DNA of 64,000 bases from Lama glama (Eukaryota). The position numbers and the translations under genes are program-made. The notes beneath the pieces are model-generated. The model saw nothing but the letters and a program-made list of their open reading frames with translations. It did no database searches and was not told the origin of the DNA. The DNA is taken from the NCBI GenBank assembly GCA_028534125.1, contig CM052816.1, positions 25,546,001-25,610,000 on the forward strand, written 5' to 3'. Positions 27,975 to 40,700 of this stretch are shown here, piece after piece. Within the stretch, counting starts at the first letter, position 1, and each line of letters opens with the position of its first letter.

Positions 27975-28240
27975 ACGTAAGAGGTAGTTTTAGATATTAA
28001 CAATAGGGGAAAGTAGCTAAAGGTGTGTGGAAATTCTCTGTGCTATCTTTGTAACTTTTCTGAAAACCTGAAACTATTCCAAATTTTAAAGCTTATTTTA
28101 AAAGTAATGAGAAGGGAGAAGTGGTTGGAGGTATGGACTGATGGTTGTCGAGAGGGGGTGATGAATACAGGGGCTTTACTACACTATTTTGCCTACTTTT
28201 AACTCTCCATAATAAGTAATTGAGTAACTTAAAAATATAT
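27975..28240 (+). mobile_element. Old L1M 3' end fragments
   Basis: 'ggaaattctctgtgctatctttgtaacttttctgaaaacctgaaactattccaaa'. Confidence 0.6.
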
Positions 28241-28538
28241 ATTATGGTCCCTCTATAGAATCTTAAAAGTCTATGTAAACCTTTAGAAGTCAGTAATTTG
28301 ATGCTTTATTCTCTCTGTATAATTTCTACCATTAGGACACTGGTGCTTAAATGGTAGGGCAAAGAGAAGGAATAGAAAGAATAAAAAAACAGCAGTTAAA
28401 TATTATCCATGTACAAAATTGGCATATGTTCTTTTGTTTTGTTATTAGATGGACCACCTGAAATTATTTCTCCTTCCGTTATATTTTTAAAATCTTTTTC
28501 CACCTCCATTAGATCTCTTCTATACCATGTGCCCCTCT

Positions 28539-29039
28539 GTGTGTCACTTGGCATAAGATCCCACTGCAATATAACAAAACATCCAAATCACTGTGGCTTA
28601 CACAAGATAAAAGCTTATGTTTCTCACACAGAAAATTCGGTCTGGAGAGCAACAGCCCAGGACTTCATGGCAGCTCCACAGACTTTTCCACGGCTCAGGC
28701 TCCTTACTGTGCTCCACTCCTCAACTCCTAGGATGTTGCCCTTGTCCTCAGGCTTACAAGACGGCTTCTAGAGCTCCAGCCATCACACTAACATTCCAGG
28801 CTGCAAGGAGGCAGGTCAAGTCACTTCTCTTTAAAGAAACATCCCCAGAGTCCCACAGGATAATTTGCTAACCTTTCATTGACCAAAACGTACTCATACA
28901 GCCAGTCCTAGCTGCAGGACAAAGTGTAGAAAATAGTCTTTTAATTGTACCCTGCCTGTCCTCTATAAAACCAGAGTTCTATGACTGAAGAAGGAGGGGA
29001 GAATGTATGTTGGGTAGGCAATTAGTAGCCCCTGCCACA
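28539..29039 (-). mobile_element. MaLR LTR, MLT1I/J-like
   Basis: 'gtggcttacacaagataaaagcttatgtttctcacaca...gctccagccatcacactaacattccagg...ggtaggcaattagtagccctgccaca'. Confidence 0.75.
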
Positions 29040-29659
29040 GTCAACTATGAGAAAAATCTGAACATGGACTGGCAGGGCAGCCCAACCATGACTTATGCCC
29101 AAATTAATAACCCAGCTAGTGCAATCAGCAAAGATCTGGAAGTATCTGTCATCCCACAAATGCTGCTGACTGGTTTATGTTGATTGGTCTGACTGAAAGT
29201 TAAAACTAGAAAACTGCCTGTAGATCTCCCCTTTACAGTGAGATGCCATCCATCTCCACAGAAGCCAATACATGTGCGTTTGTGTCAGCATCATGTTGAG
29301 CATAAGATATGCCTGCTGTGACTGTAATGTCCTTTAAACCTAAAATGGAAGCATTACAGATTCCTCCTGGCAGCCCTCTTGACCCTCTGGGGGACCTTCT
29401 GGGCTCCTGGCCAGTCTCCAGAGAGACTCCTGCCTGTCTGCCTGCAAGGAGACACATTCTGGGCTCCCTGCCATGTTCTAACCTGCTGCTCATGAGAGAA
29501 GAGAACGAGGTCTATTTGGGTCAGTCCTGACTGATTATCCTGTTGCCCTGAAGTAAGTTCAGTTGAATACTCCACACAGAACCGACTGTCTACACCACAT
29601 GTCTGCACGCTGGATACTCAGTAAAAGCAGTGAGGGATGATGGGAAAGACCAGCTGAAG

Positions 29660-29845
29660 CCTGAGACCAAGGATTGAGACTGAACAATTCTTGGGCCAGA
29701 TGGTGAGACCTTAGGCAATTCATTGAGTCTCTAAGCCTCGGTCTTCTCATAGGCCAAGTGGGTATCTTGCTCCCTCCCCTGCTTCCATACAACCTGATGG
29801 TGAAGCTCGGTTTCGGTGAGATAGTACATGTCAAAGTACTGTACT
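29660..29845 (+). mobile_element. MIR SINE
   Basis: 'gaccttaggcaattcattgagtctctaagcctcggtcttctcat...tgagatagtacatgtcaaagtact'. Confidence 0.7.
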
Positions 29846-32539
29846 TTCTCCCCCCACACCCCCCCAAAATGGTTATTGTTATTGTTGTTGATCTAAGGAA
29901 AATATACATCATTGAAAAGAAAAGAAAAACAAAAACAAAAAATAGTGATGATATGGTTCAGGCTCATTTGACTGTGGCTAAGAAAAAGAAATACAGTCAC
30001 TAGTGCACTATATGCAAGATGAAAGGATTAGACAAAAAAAAAAAAATCAGTGAAATTATATCCGTCCCCAAAAGGAGAGATACTCAGAGTAAACTCATAA
30101 TAGTCTAGCCATCATTTCCATTTATTATTAGCTATTCCTTTCACAGAACACCAGTCCAAAGAGTAAACGTATCATTAAAGATTCGGTTCTCCCCCTACAG
30201 GGAAGGTAGAATGAGTTTTATTCCTTTTAACAAAGTCAGCGTTAAAATACAGCTAGGCTCTTCTCTTGGCAGCAAAGACCCAAAACACCCACCTAGAATT
30301 TCCCTTCTCAATGCAATCCATTAGGACCTACTTCTATTCATAAATACAAGCCTTTGGGCACAGTAGGTAAGCTGTTAGTTGTACACATAAATCCAGTTTG
30401 AGGATAGGTGTGTTCTGTAATTGTGAATGTGTATGTAAACATATTTCTATATACTGGAGCCTGCAGAAGGTTTATAGTTTTGTAGAAATATTAATAAGAA
30501 ACTATTTTAAATCCTTTAGTTTTCATCAAAAGAAGGAGCTTTATTTTATATAATGTAAAATTAGAATTGCTTTTACTGGCTATCACTTTAATATCAACAT
30601 TTTTATTTGGCATTAGATCCAAAGATAAATGTCTGTGATTTGACATAATAAATTGCTCCCCATATGTGAAATGAAAATCACTTGAGCTTTATTGGCCACT
30701 TAGGAGTTTTTCTCTGATCTAACTTTAGAGGGTAATTTCTTTTGGGAACAGAACAACATCATTCCGTGATTTGACTGCAGAAGTCGTAAAAGTCAATAAA
30801 CAGATTCACTGACCATTTGTGAACTTTTCATTTGACCCACAGCTGGAGCAAAGGACCTCTTAACTGTGAGTAATTTTTCCTGATGAGATTAAAAATTTCT
30901 CATTCCAACTTTCCTAAATCTAGAACTTCCCTTGCACAAAAAACAAACACACACACACCACAAAAGGAATTGATTCCAGATGTGCAAGAGGCCTTGCATG
31001 ACAGTCTCTGGTTTGCTGGTCACAAAAGGACATTTTGGCAGGTGGCCACAATGGTGTTTTGTTCCCCTCGAGCTTGATGGCATTGAAGCACACTGTAAAA
31101 TTCACCTGGTTTATATCTGTGAGATTTTTTTCCCTAAGAAAGGAAGGGAAACAAGATGAGAGAGGTAACTGAATGTTCACCAGATCACAAGGCTGGAATG
31201 TGTGGTTTCTGAAACACAGATGTAGGTGAATTTTCCAGTAAGAATTTTGTCAATGCTGACTGTTTGCAGTGCTATTCCACGCTGTGTAGAGGGAAGAAAG
31301 ATTGGAGACATCGTCCCAAGCCTGGAGAACTTAAAATGCCTTATGAGAGACAAGGTTAACTAGAATAAAACAGGCAATGTGCTCCCCTAGCATCCTTCAT
31401 AAAGCATCACTGTGCAGCCCACACTAGGGTATGATGATCTGTTTCTGTGACTGACGTCACCCACCACATTGGAGTCCTCCCAGAACTGGAACCGTGGCAG
31501 ATCGTTGCTGTAAGCACAGAGCCCAGAGCACAGCCCAAAGCATATTTGATGTTAACTCAAGTAATGAAGGAAACAACAATGCAACAGGTTAAAAGGACGT
31601 AAGTGCCATGGGATTCAAGCTGCCATCAAACATGAGCCCATCTTTTTTATGGGAATTAATCAAGCATTAATATCTTTCATTTTGCTAATAAGGCATTCCT
31701 TCATCTTCTAAAGACGAATTTGAATGTCTGCCCTCAATGGTACTATATACTGAGAAACAATGGATGCCTTCCTGGGGAAGTAGAGTCTTTATTCTGGAAC
31801 TCCATTGCTAAAAAGTAGACTTTCTATTATGGGTCAGGAAGGGGAGAAGAGATGGTAAAGGACATCCTGCAAAGAGATGAAGTTAGGTTCACTGCTTTTG
31901 GTGGCAGTGTATTCCAAGGATCAAGGCAGTGAGTACGCTGCTGAAAACAAATGTGCTCAAACCAAGATGAGGGCTGGAGATTGGGGTTTTTTTAAGTAAA
32001 TTAAGACCAATTCTGTACAAAGCAGTTAAGTAGGACGAAGTATTTGCTTACTAGATTTTATAAAGAGTCTAGAGGAAAAAGCACTAGACTTGCCATCACT
32101 GAGACCCAATTTTCCAGCATTCCCAAAGTGTGTTCCATGGAACACTGTTTACAAGGAGCTTTAATAAAGATCATTATTAGAAGGATAAGTTCCATAGTCC
32201 AGTAGGTTTAGGAAACACTGACTACATCATCTCCTCCTTTGCATTTATGTTGTAAAGAAAATGGTTTATGTTTATTCATTCCCAAAATTCTCCCAAAATT
32301 TTTTGACTAAGGGCTCTTTATTCACAAAATATCTTCCAGAATTTAGATTCAAAAACATCTGTCCAGGAGCCCTACATGAACTGATGTCTAACTTTCCTTT
32401 TGGTGCTAACATTCGGTATCACTTCCTACAAGTGGTAGTTGAGATGTGAAAACAGATTACTAAAGAACACGGGCAAGATCCAGAGATTGAGGCTTAGCAA
32501 GAAACTGTTCTGAAGACCAAGGAAAAGAAACAGCAGTGG

Positions 32540-32774
32540 ACATCACATCCTGAAATTGACATATGCTTGAAAAAAAAAATGGAACTTGAATCTGATCAAA
32601 CCTCTCTACATCTTGCCACCAGTTTACAGGGATGACACCACAGACCACAATCAACAAAATTCCAACCTGAGAAACTCTAGAGGATGAATAAGCTGCTGCC
32701 TTCAACAAAGAAATTCTAAGTAAAAAAAAGTAACCAAAAGAGGGAAATATAACAAAGATACCTAAATAGACAGG

Positions 32775-32813
<39 letters not shown>

Positions 32814-33250
32814 GGAAAATACAACAAAATTTTTCCCAAAAAGAAGGTATCTGTAGATTAAAAGACGCTTAAGAGGAACTTCACCGTTGAAATGTTTGGA
32901 TTTTACTTGGGTCCTGGATTGAGCAAGCTAACTATGGAAAAAATACGTTCATGAGACACTCAAAGAATTTTGAATACTTTCTGGATATTTGATGACATTA
33001 AGGAATTGTTAATCTTCTTAGGTTTGATAAGTATTATAGTTGTGATTTTATGAATCTTTATAGTTCCGAAATATATCCTGGAATATTTATATACAAAATA
33101 TGTAGTCTGAGGTTTGCTTCAAAACAACCCTGTGATGGAGGATATCAATGAAAAATAATTGGCCATAATGTGATAAGATGGCTACATGAGGGTTTATTAT
33201 ACTCTTTTCTCACATGTTGTATTTCTGAGGTTTTTCCGAACTAGTTTTTA
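32540..33250 (+). mobile_element. Old L1M (L1MC/ME-like) 3' region
   Basis: 'cttgaatctgatcaaacctcta', 'ctggatatttgatgacattaaggaattgtt' and 'gggctacatgagggtttattatact'-like motifs. Confidence 0.65.
32775..32813. repeat. (TAGA)n tetranucleotide microsatellite, about 10 units
   Basis: Read directly from the sequence. Confidence 0.97.
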
Positions 33251-33580
33251 CAAAGCAGTTGGAAGAGAAAAAAAATGGGGCAAAGAGATTATTACAAACT
33301 TGGTAAACACAGAGTTTGAAAAGGAACACAAGGAAAGAATTTTAGGGAGCAGAGGGGCAAAATCATCATGGATACAACAGAGAAATTAAAGAGTGTGAAA
33401 ACCAGGAGAAGAAGGACAGAAATGTCAGTGGGCTTTTGAGAGAGGAAAAGAGATTGCAGAGGGTTCAAGGCACCATGACTGGTGTAGAAATGCTACATGT
33501 AGGAATAACTTCTCATTTGAGAAAGTTGGTTATGAAAGAAGATGGCGGCTCGAGATCAAGTGAAGGATTGTCAAGGATAA

Positions 33581-33939
33581 TGCAGTGGACAGAACTGTGC
33601 CCTTACGGAGTTCATGCGTTAAAGCCCTAGCCCTCCACATGACTGTACTGCAGATCAGACCGTGAAGGAGGTGATTAAAGTTAACTGATGTCATAAGATG
33701 GAGCTCTCATCCAATAGACCTGGTGCCCTTATAAGAAGAGGAAGAGAGATGGTGAGTTTTCTCCACCATGTAAGACACAGCAAGAAGGCTGCTGTCTGCA
33801 AGCCAAAAAGGGAACCAGAACCTAACCTTGTAGCACTCTGATCTTGGACTTCCAGCCTCCAGAACTGTGAAGAAATAAATTTCTGTTGTTTAAGTCACCC
33901 CATCTGTGGTATTTTATTACAGCAGCCTAAGCTGAGACA
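33581..33939 (+). mobile_element. MaLR LTR, MLT1A0-like, full length
   Basis: TG...CA termini; 'ctgatcttggacttccagcctccagaactgtgaagaaataaatttctgttgtttaag'. Confidence 0.9.
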
Positions 33940-34046
33940 GGTGAAACATGCACACCCTCTTCAGTAGCCTTTCTTCTTCATCCAGTGTTTATCATGACCT
34001 TCTTTTATGATGTTGGAATTAGACATGGAAAAATGAGTGTCCCTGA

Positions 34047-34492
34047 GTAGTACTATTCTGTGTTCTTTTATTCGATGGTCAGTCAGGTGTGGCCACAAGA
34101 GGGGTCATAAGAGAGGCACAGGAAAACAGAAGTTTATTATACTCAACCGGTGCTCAAGAGAGTCACTGCACAGCAAGAGGAGGCCACATGGGAGAAGTAC
34201 CAAGGCAACAGGCTCACCCAGGCAGGCAGGAAGCTGAGAGAGATTGAGAGAGAGACAGAGGGCCTGTGGGCAAGTGCCTTTTTTGGAGGTCAGGGTGGAG
34301 CACGCAGAAAAATCTCAAGGGATTGCAATGGGGCATTTGAAACTTCCTAGGAGCGCCAAGAGAGGACCTGCGGCAGGGCCAGCCCTATCGCCCTGGTGAA
34401 CCTGCCCCTGGGCAGGATGCTTGCTCACTACCTGTGTCAGGGATGTTGAGGCCGCAGGAAACAAAACTAAAGTTTCAAAATTTTATAATACA
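34047..34492 (-). mobile_element. ERVL-class LTR (MER73/MER74/LTR53 group, subfamily uncertain)
   Basis: The reverse complement starts 'tgtattataaaattttgaaacttt...gcctcaacatccc'; minus-strand AATAAA near 34133 ('gtttatt'). Confidence 0.6.
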
Positions 34493-34973
34493 GGTACCAA
34501 GGCTCAGTAATTGCTTCTCTAACATTTTATTTTTGCGACTTGTTCTTTGCACTGCATTCATCTTTTCCTTCTCTAAAGGAAGTTAAAAAACAACAGTTTC
34601 CATCATAATCAGAAAGGTTGGATAAACAATTTTAATTCAGATCTTTTTCCTTATAACTTATATAATATTGTAAGTAACTACATTTCAAGAAGTAAAAAAG
34701 ATGTTATACTTCTTGGTCTGCCATTAAGATCTTCTATGATTTGACCACAGTCTCTTTTTCTAGTCCTAGGTTTCTCTACTGCTCTTTCCATAGTCACATC
34801 TGAGATGAACAAGGAAACAAGTTAATAATGCTTTTCAAGATAAATTAGTCAAAATATATCAAAGGGCCAACATTTTTTTTTCATGTACCTTTTCTCCAGT
34901 GAAAAGCTCTCCCCAGGCTGTACTAAGTGAGAATAGAATCAAGGGCCTTGTTTGCAGTTAATTATCAGCTACA

Positions 34974-35152
34974 GCCAGATTCTTCACCTTGCCAGCACAG
35001 TGGAATCACCCGGGGAGTGTTAAAAAAAAATACTGATGCCTGGGTCCTGCCTCTTGGGTTTCTGATTCAGTTGGTCTGGAATGTGACCTGGTCATTGGGT
35101 GTTTAAAGGCTCCCCCAGGGTTTGACTGCACAGCCAGGGCTGAGGAACACTC
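34974..35152. mobile_element. MER5A-like hAT-Charlie MITE
   Basis: 'ggaatcacccggggagtgttaaaaaaaaatactgatgcctggg...tctgattcagttggtctgg...cagccagggctgaggaacact'. Confidence 0.85.
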
Positions 35153-36203
35153 ACAGCAACCTGCCTTTACCTGTATTTTGTCCACAAAAAGACTACGCAA
35201 CATTTACAAAATACAGTCCATGCACCTTTTTATTTCTCTATTCTTCACTGGTAATTCCTGTGTTCCCCTCAAGTCTCCGCTTCTCATGGTTCAAGTCTAA
35301 CTCAAAAACCATTTTCTTGAAAAGCCTTTCCTGATCTTCAAGTGATAGCATTCTTGCCGTTCTCTGAATGAAAAAAATTTTTACTCACACCCTTTGTTAA
35401 GCTGCTCATCAGTCTTAGACTCTTACCTTGTTCATGTGTTCTTGCTGCCTCTTCCCTCCAGTGCCTTTCCAGCAGCCTTCCCATAGCTGACTTGTAATAA
35501 AATTTTGTGTTTTCATGTCATGTGAGAATTTGAAGAATCACAATATGACTTTATTTCTATGAGTGTTGTATAATGCTTTTAACAAGAAAATCATCCAGTC
35601 AGTTTAGTTGGAATAATCTTCTAATACTTCCCAAGTCACGATTTGCTCTGAAGGCAAACACTCACCCCTAATCATTTTAAGATCTGAATCAACTCTGAGT
35701 ATATTTGCTTTACTTCTCACTGACAACTTGTCATTGTTCAGGTTTACAGACCAAATCCAACATTGTATATGGGATTCCATAACGAAAGGAAACAAAATAG
35801 TCCACTTTGCCGTCTGGCCTCCTGCTAGGCATTAGGCTGGGTTTCCTTCCAAATTTTAGGACAGAAAAAGGAAATAAGAATTAACATGCATCGTTGGTTT
35901 CTTGGCTTTCTGCTCCTGATTGCTTCAGGGCTGACAGCTCACCTGCATTTTGAAACAGACACCTGCTAATTCACCTTTCCACCCTTTAATCTCACCTTTC
36001 CACCTACAGCATTTCAATTACCCTACAATTAATACACTCCTGGCTGTACCCACTTGGAAGGGTGAGTTGGGAAGAGGCTGAGGAGGAAAGCCAGCCTGAG
36101 CGTAATTCATAGTCCCCACTCCCATCTTTTGTTGCTGGGTGAGAATCCCTAATCTGGATTCATTCTGTCTGATAACAGGCTTCAAAACACTCTTCCCACC
36201 ACC

Positions 36204-36303
<100 letters not shown>

Positions 36304-37895
36304 ACACCCATGAGATGTCATCTCCTTGAACATAATCATCTGTTCTCATTTTCCCATGAAGGTCTCTGACCCATGCCTCCCAGATCACTGCCCTAATCTG
36401 GGGACCAGCTGTCACTGGGAGAAGGAGGTGGTGTGAATGAGCGACCTGAGAAAGGGGCACAGGGAGCAAAGGTTTCTGAAGAAGTGGGGAAAGGGAAAGA
36501 AAGGGGAAAGTAGCTAAACAGAGACTTTGTTCTTTGCCCTTTGCATGCTCTCCACGACCTGTTGGTTAATATTATATTCTCCCTGGTGGAAGACTGAGAG
36601 TCTCCAGCCTGTCCCAGCTTTATGGTAATCCTTACTAAAGTCAGCTTCATGTGCCAAAGAGAACTTCTTTCCAAATGAAAATTAAGTTCCAGGCCATCGG
36701 GATCGGTGTGGAGCCTGCTGCAGTCCCTGCCACTGGCCTTTGTGCGTCCCTGGGAGGGGGCCATCGGCAGTGGGGGCACCTGCAGCCCTTCCGAAGCAGT
36801 CCTTTGGCGAGTGTTTGCCCGGTGGCCTGAGCCACCGGAATTGGGCTCTGGCCGTCTCGCTGAGGCCGCCTGCTGGGGCCATGGCCCTCCCTCACTCCTG
36901 CACTCATGGGAGCAGGGCTCCAGAGATGTCCTCTGTCTTGGCAACATTATTTTTCTGCCCATCCTGGACACTGTCGATCTCTTTACGGAGCTCTTTTAGA
37001 ATCCCACAGGGTGTCTTTTGCCCCTTTCACTCCCCAAACTCAGTCTTGTCCTGATGCTGGCTTTGGACTGCAGAGACTTAAAATGGCAAGCTTTTGCCTC
37101 GATGCTGTCTGTATTAACAGGATGGAATGCTGACTTTGTGCTAAGAACTTTACATCTTGTGTGAATGAACACTCAGTGAGTCTGAGGTATTGGTACTCTC
37201 CCAAATTTACAGATCAGGACACTAAGGCACGACGTCTCACCCAACCCAGGCACGTGTCCTCCCACCTCCTACTATGTCATGCGCTTTTTTGCTTGGTACT
37301 CAGCATGCCCTGGGCCTGAAGCAGCATATCTGATGCATCATTTAGGTTGAGAAAATAAGGAGGCAGGAGATTTATCCAGAGGAACCACCCCTCTTTACCA
37401 GACACTGGCAAGATGAGAACAGGCTATCTTCATGCCCTCCTAGAAATTAAAGAGACAACACCTTTCCAAACTGCAGCTCCTCTCCCAGGGTAATTAGGGG
37501 GCACCCAAGGCTCTGGTGATTTGTGATTTACTAGACAACAGCAGCCAGGCGTTGGTCTGTGGAACCAGGACTGCGTGGTTACTGCAGAGGCCATGGATGT
37601 GGTTCAGAGCTTGCTTCTTTATTAAATCTCTCTGCCTATTAAGCTGAGAATATGCACATTACATTTTAATTTCTTTACTTAGTTTCCCTTTACATTTCAT
37701 ATTTTAAATTTCATAGGGCATGTCCATGTGAAAAATTTCTTCTTGTCTCCAAATTTATCATTTTCCTGATTTGTAGTCCCTTTTACCGATGAAGCCACAA
37801 ACTCTGCCCTAAGATTCAAGTCCAAGGTTGCTTCCATTATTCCATTGTATGTCTACCCTTCCAACATAAGAATAATGTAAATGCTCCTGTGGGAG

Positions 37896-38864
37896 TGTCC
37901 CAACACCTGGTAGCAGTGAATGTGATCTCATTTGAAAGTGGGATGTTTGCAGATGTAATTAAGATGCAAGATAAAATAAGGTCATAGTGGAACAGAGTTG
38001 TTACTGAACCAAACTTGGGTCCTTTTGCCCCCGCGCAGTAAAGCCAGTCTACTGACACTGGATTGTGGTAAAGGAAAGTGTAGCATGTATTGTACGACAC
38101 TGAGCAAAGAGTGGCTTTCCCAGTGACTTTCAGGGAAAGGTTTTTAAAGACAGGGTGAGGGAGGGAGATGGTGTATGATCAGCTTGTGGACATTCTTCTG
38201 ATTGGTTGGTGATGGGATAATCAGGAGTCAACATCACCAACCTTCTGGTTCCAATCAGTCTGAGGTCTACGTGCTTGTGGGCAACATACAGTTAACTTCT
38301 TCCACCTGCTAGGAGTTTCAGTATCTGCGAAACAGCTCAAAGGACATGGATCACGATATTGTCCATAGCCCTTGAGGAGGAACTAAAAGGCTTTGACTTT
38401 CTTTAATGGCTAAACTATTATTATTTTGTCTTGCTTGACTGCTTTCCTTTCTTTTTGCATTTTCTCACTTCCTTGATTAAATTTATCCTTTGGAAGTCAG
38501 GGAAGGCCTAGGAGGCTAAAGTTTTCTACAGACAAGAGGCAGGCAGAAAACATGAGCAGGGGCTCTGTCCCAGGAAGTTCCCATGGGGTCCTGCTCGGTT
38601 ACAGTGTGAGCCCTAATACAGTATGACTGGTGTCCTTCTAAGAAGAGACAAGACACAGAGACAGATGCATAGGGAGGAGAACTTAGTGATGATGGCAGAG
38701 ATTAGAGTGGTGTATCTACCAGCCAGAAAACACCACACAGATCGCTGGGAACCACCAGAAACTAGGGGAAAGGCAGGCAAGAGTTTTTCTCCCAGAGCTT
38801 CCAGAGAAAGCATGGCTCTGCCAACACCTTGACTTTGTTACAGCAGCCCTCGGAAATTAACACA
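37896..38864 (+). mobile_element. MaLR LTR (MLT1B/C-like) interrupted by an ERV1-class LTR
   Basis: 'gaatgtgatctcatttgaaagtgggatgtttgcagatgtaattaag' before the insertion; 'ccctaatacagtatgactggtgtccttctaagaagag...ttgttacagcagccctcggaaattaacaca' after it. Confidence 0.85.
37999..38603 (-). mobile_element. ERV1-class solo LTR (family B, copy 2)
   Basis: TG...CA termini (tgttactgaacc...ggttaca); 4-bp flanks gagt/gtgt; homologous to 14251-14734. Confidence 0.9.
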
Positions 38865-39172
38865 GGTAGCCTCTGAATACAGATATTATACATCTGGGAC
38901 TACAGCAAGGATGGGGCTGCAGGACTTTCCAGGCTGAGGTGGATATAAGCTGTTCTGGTTTTGAAAAAACAACTTATCATCACTTACTCATCTTTAAGTA
39001 TAATAAAGTTTCTTAAATTTCTTTCTTTTTCTTCAGTGTGATAGGGAAAGTTTCTGTGTTAATGTCCTTTTCCTAAAGAACTGAAGCACACAACCAGCCT
39101 TTGCAAATCTCCATTCCTGTAATGCCACTGGAGCCTTCTGCATCTAGAAACATCTCCCAGGTGTTGTCCTAC

Positions 39173-39320
39173 AACAGTTCTTCTCAAACTTTGTGTATTT
39201 TGAAAAATCACACTGCCCAGATTATACCCCCAGGCCAATTCTGTCTGAATCTCTGGACCTAGACAGGGGACCTAGGTATTCATGTTTTTGTAAAGCTTTC
39301 CAGATGATTCTAGTGATCTT
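39173..39320. mobile_element. MER5A-like fragment
   Basis: 'cagttcttctcaaactttgtgta...ccaggccaattctgtctgaatctctgg...gctttccagatgattct'. Confidence 0.6.
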
Positions 39321-39414
39321 TCCATTTAAGGTCTATATCCTACAAATTCCTCTTGGGGTGTTATTTCATCAGAGGATAAGCTTAAGTAAATCCCCAGCCA
39401 TATTACAAGCATCT

Positions 39415-39573
39415 AGAACAGACTGTTCAGTAAATAAAGTTTTATTTGAATGCAGCCACATTGATTTAGATGTTGCTTTCCAGCTACAAATGGCAGAACT
39501 GAGTGTTATGCAGAGACCACGTAGCCCACAAAGCCAAAAATATTTACCGTCTGTCCCTTTGAGTAGTTTGCTG
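39415..39573. mobile_element. MER58A-like hAT-Charlie element
   Basis: 'gtaaataaagttttatttgaatgcagccac...gcccacaaagccaaaaatatttaccgtctgtcccttt'. Confidence 0.8.
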
Positions 39574-40514
39574 AAGATGGAAACTTCCCAGATTCATCTT
39601 TTCCTTCCACGAGGAAGATCGAGGAAAGGGGTTTGCACTTAGTAGGGGCTCATACAAATCAAAGTGGAGTCAGGTGAACTGAAATGAACTGAATTAAATT
39701 GAATCTTCTTCAACATATTATTTGTAAAGAATCCAAGGGGTTCTGCCTCCCAGGGGTGTTTTGCATTTTAATAAGTAACTTGCAAAGCCCCAAAGCCTTT
39801 ATCTGAAGACAGAAAGGAATCCCTAATTGCTGAAATTGCAAGCACCTGTAATTATGAATATGCAGCTCTGTTCTATTCTATTGTGAAATCTCCCCCCCAG
39901 AACCCCTCAAATTGCACCAGGAAGGCTGCCACCCAGGTTCCCTGAGTGCAAAATCTACTCTATTTCACCAGGCTCAATGGAGCACTTGATGATAGTCATT
40001 TCTGTGAATAAAAAATATAAATATCTGCAAGGTTTATTTGTTTTGCTTATGTTCTTTTCTGTTAGCCGAACAAGTTCTCCATGGGGAAAAAACTGATCCT
40101 TTTTCTTAAAGGGTGTCACCACTTCTCAATTTCTATTTTCTAGAAATTTCTTCCCACAGGGACTTTTTTTTTTTTTCTGTTGTGAACAGGTACGTCAGCA
40201 GAAGTATGTTGGCAGATTTCATTATTTTACTTTAGTCTGTGAGTGATGAGAAATTGCTCTGAATTAAATTTCATCAATGCCAAATCAACTTAACTGGGGA
40301 ATTTGTCGACCAGCTAGATTGATACAAAGGCTTCTAAGATCCTCATAACCTGGGCATTTCTTAAATTTGAATTAGTTGACATGGACGCTCATGAAGAACA
40401 AGTGTCCCTCTGGTGTCTCCGGAAACCCAAACCTCCCCAGGGGAAGGGCTTTGGGCAGCTGACTCCCAAAAGAGTCAGGAGAGAGAAGACTCCAACCAAG
40501 GAGTTAAAAGGATC

Positions 40515-40700
40515 AAGGTTGGAATTCTGTGTCTTCTTGTTTCCTAGCCCCTGAACTCGGACAAGTTACTGAACCTCTCTCCATTAGTTTCCCCAAGTGG
40601 AAGTGGGAGATCATGAAAGGATTGTAAGGATTAATGACATGGAGAGAACTTGGCACAGTGCCCAGCACATAGTAAGTATTAAATAAATGCTCTCTGTTTT
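40515..40700 (+). mobile_element. MIR SINE
   Basis: 'ggacaagttactgaacctctct...ttggcacagtgcccagcacatagtaagtattaaataaatg'. Confidence 0.8.

Noticed and set aside
30843..30865. 23-nt plus-strand microexon (cacag|...|gtgagt)
   Set aside because: Not frame-preserving, weak pyrimidine tract, and such matches are expected by chance in 64 kb.
36393..36971. Longest ORF (192 aa, minus strand) as a gene
   Set aside because: No recognisable domain; overlapping ORFs on both strands are explained by local GC richness.
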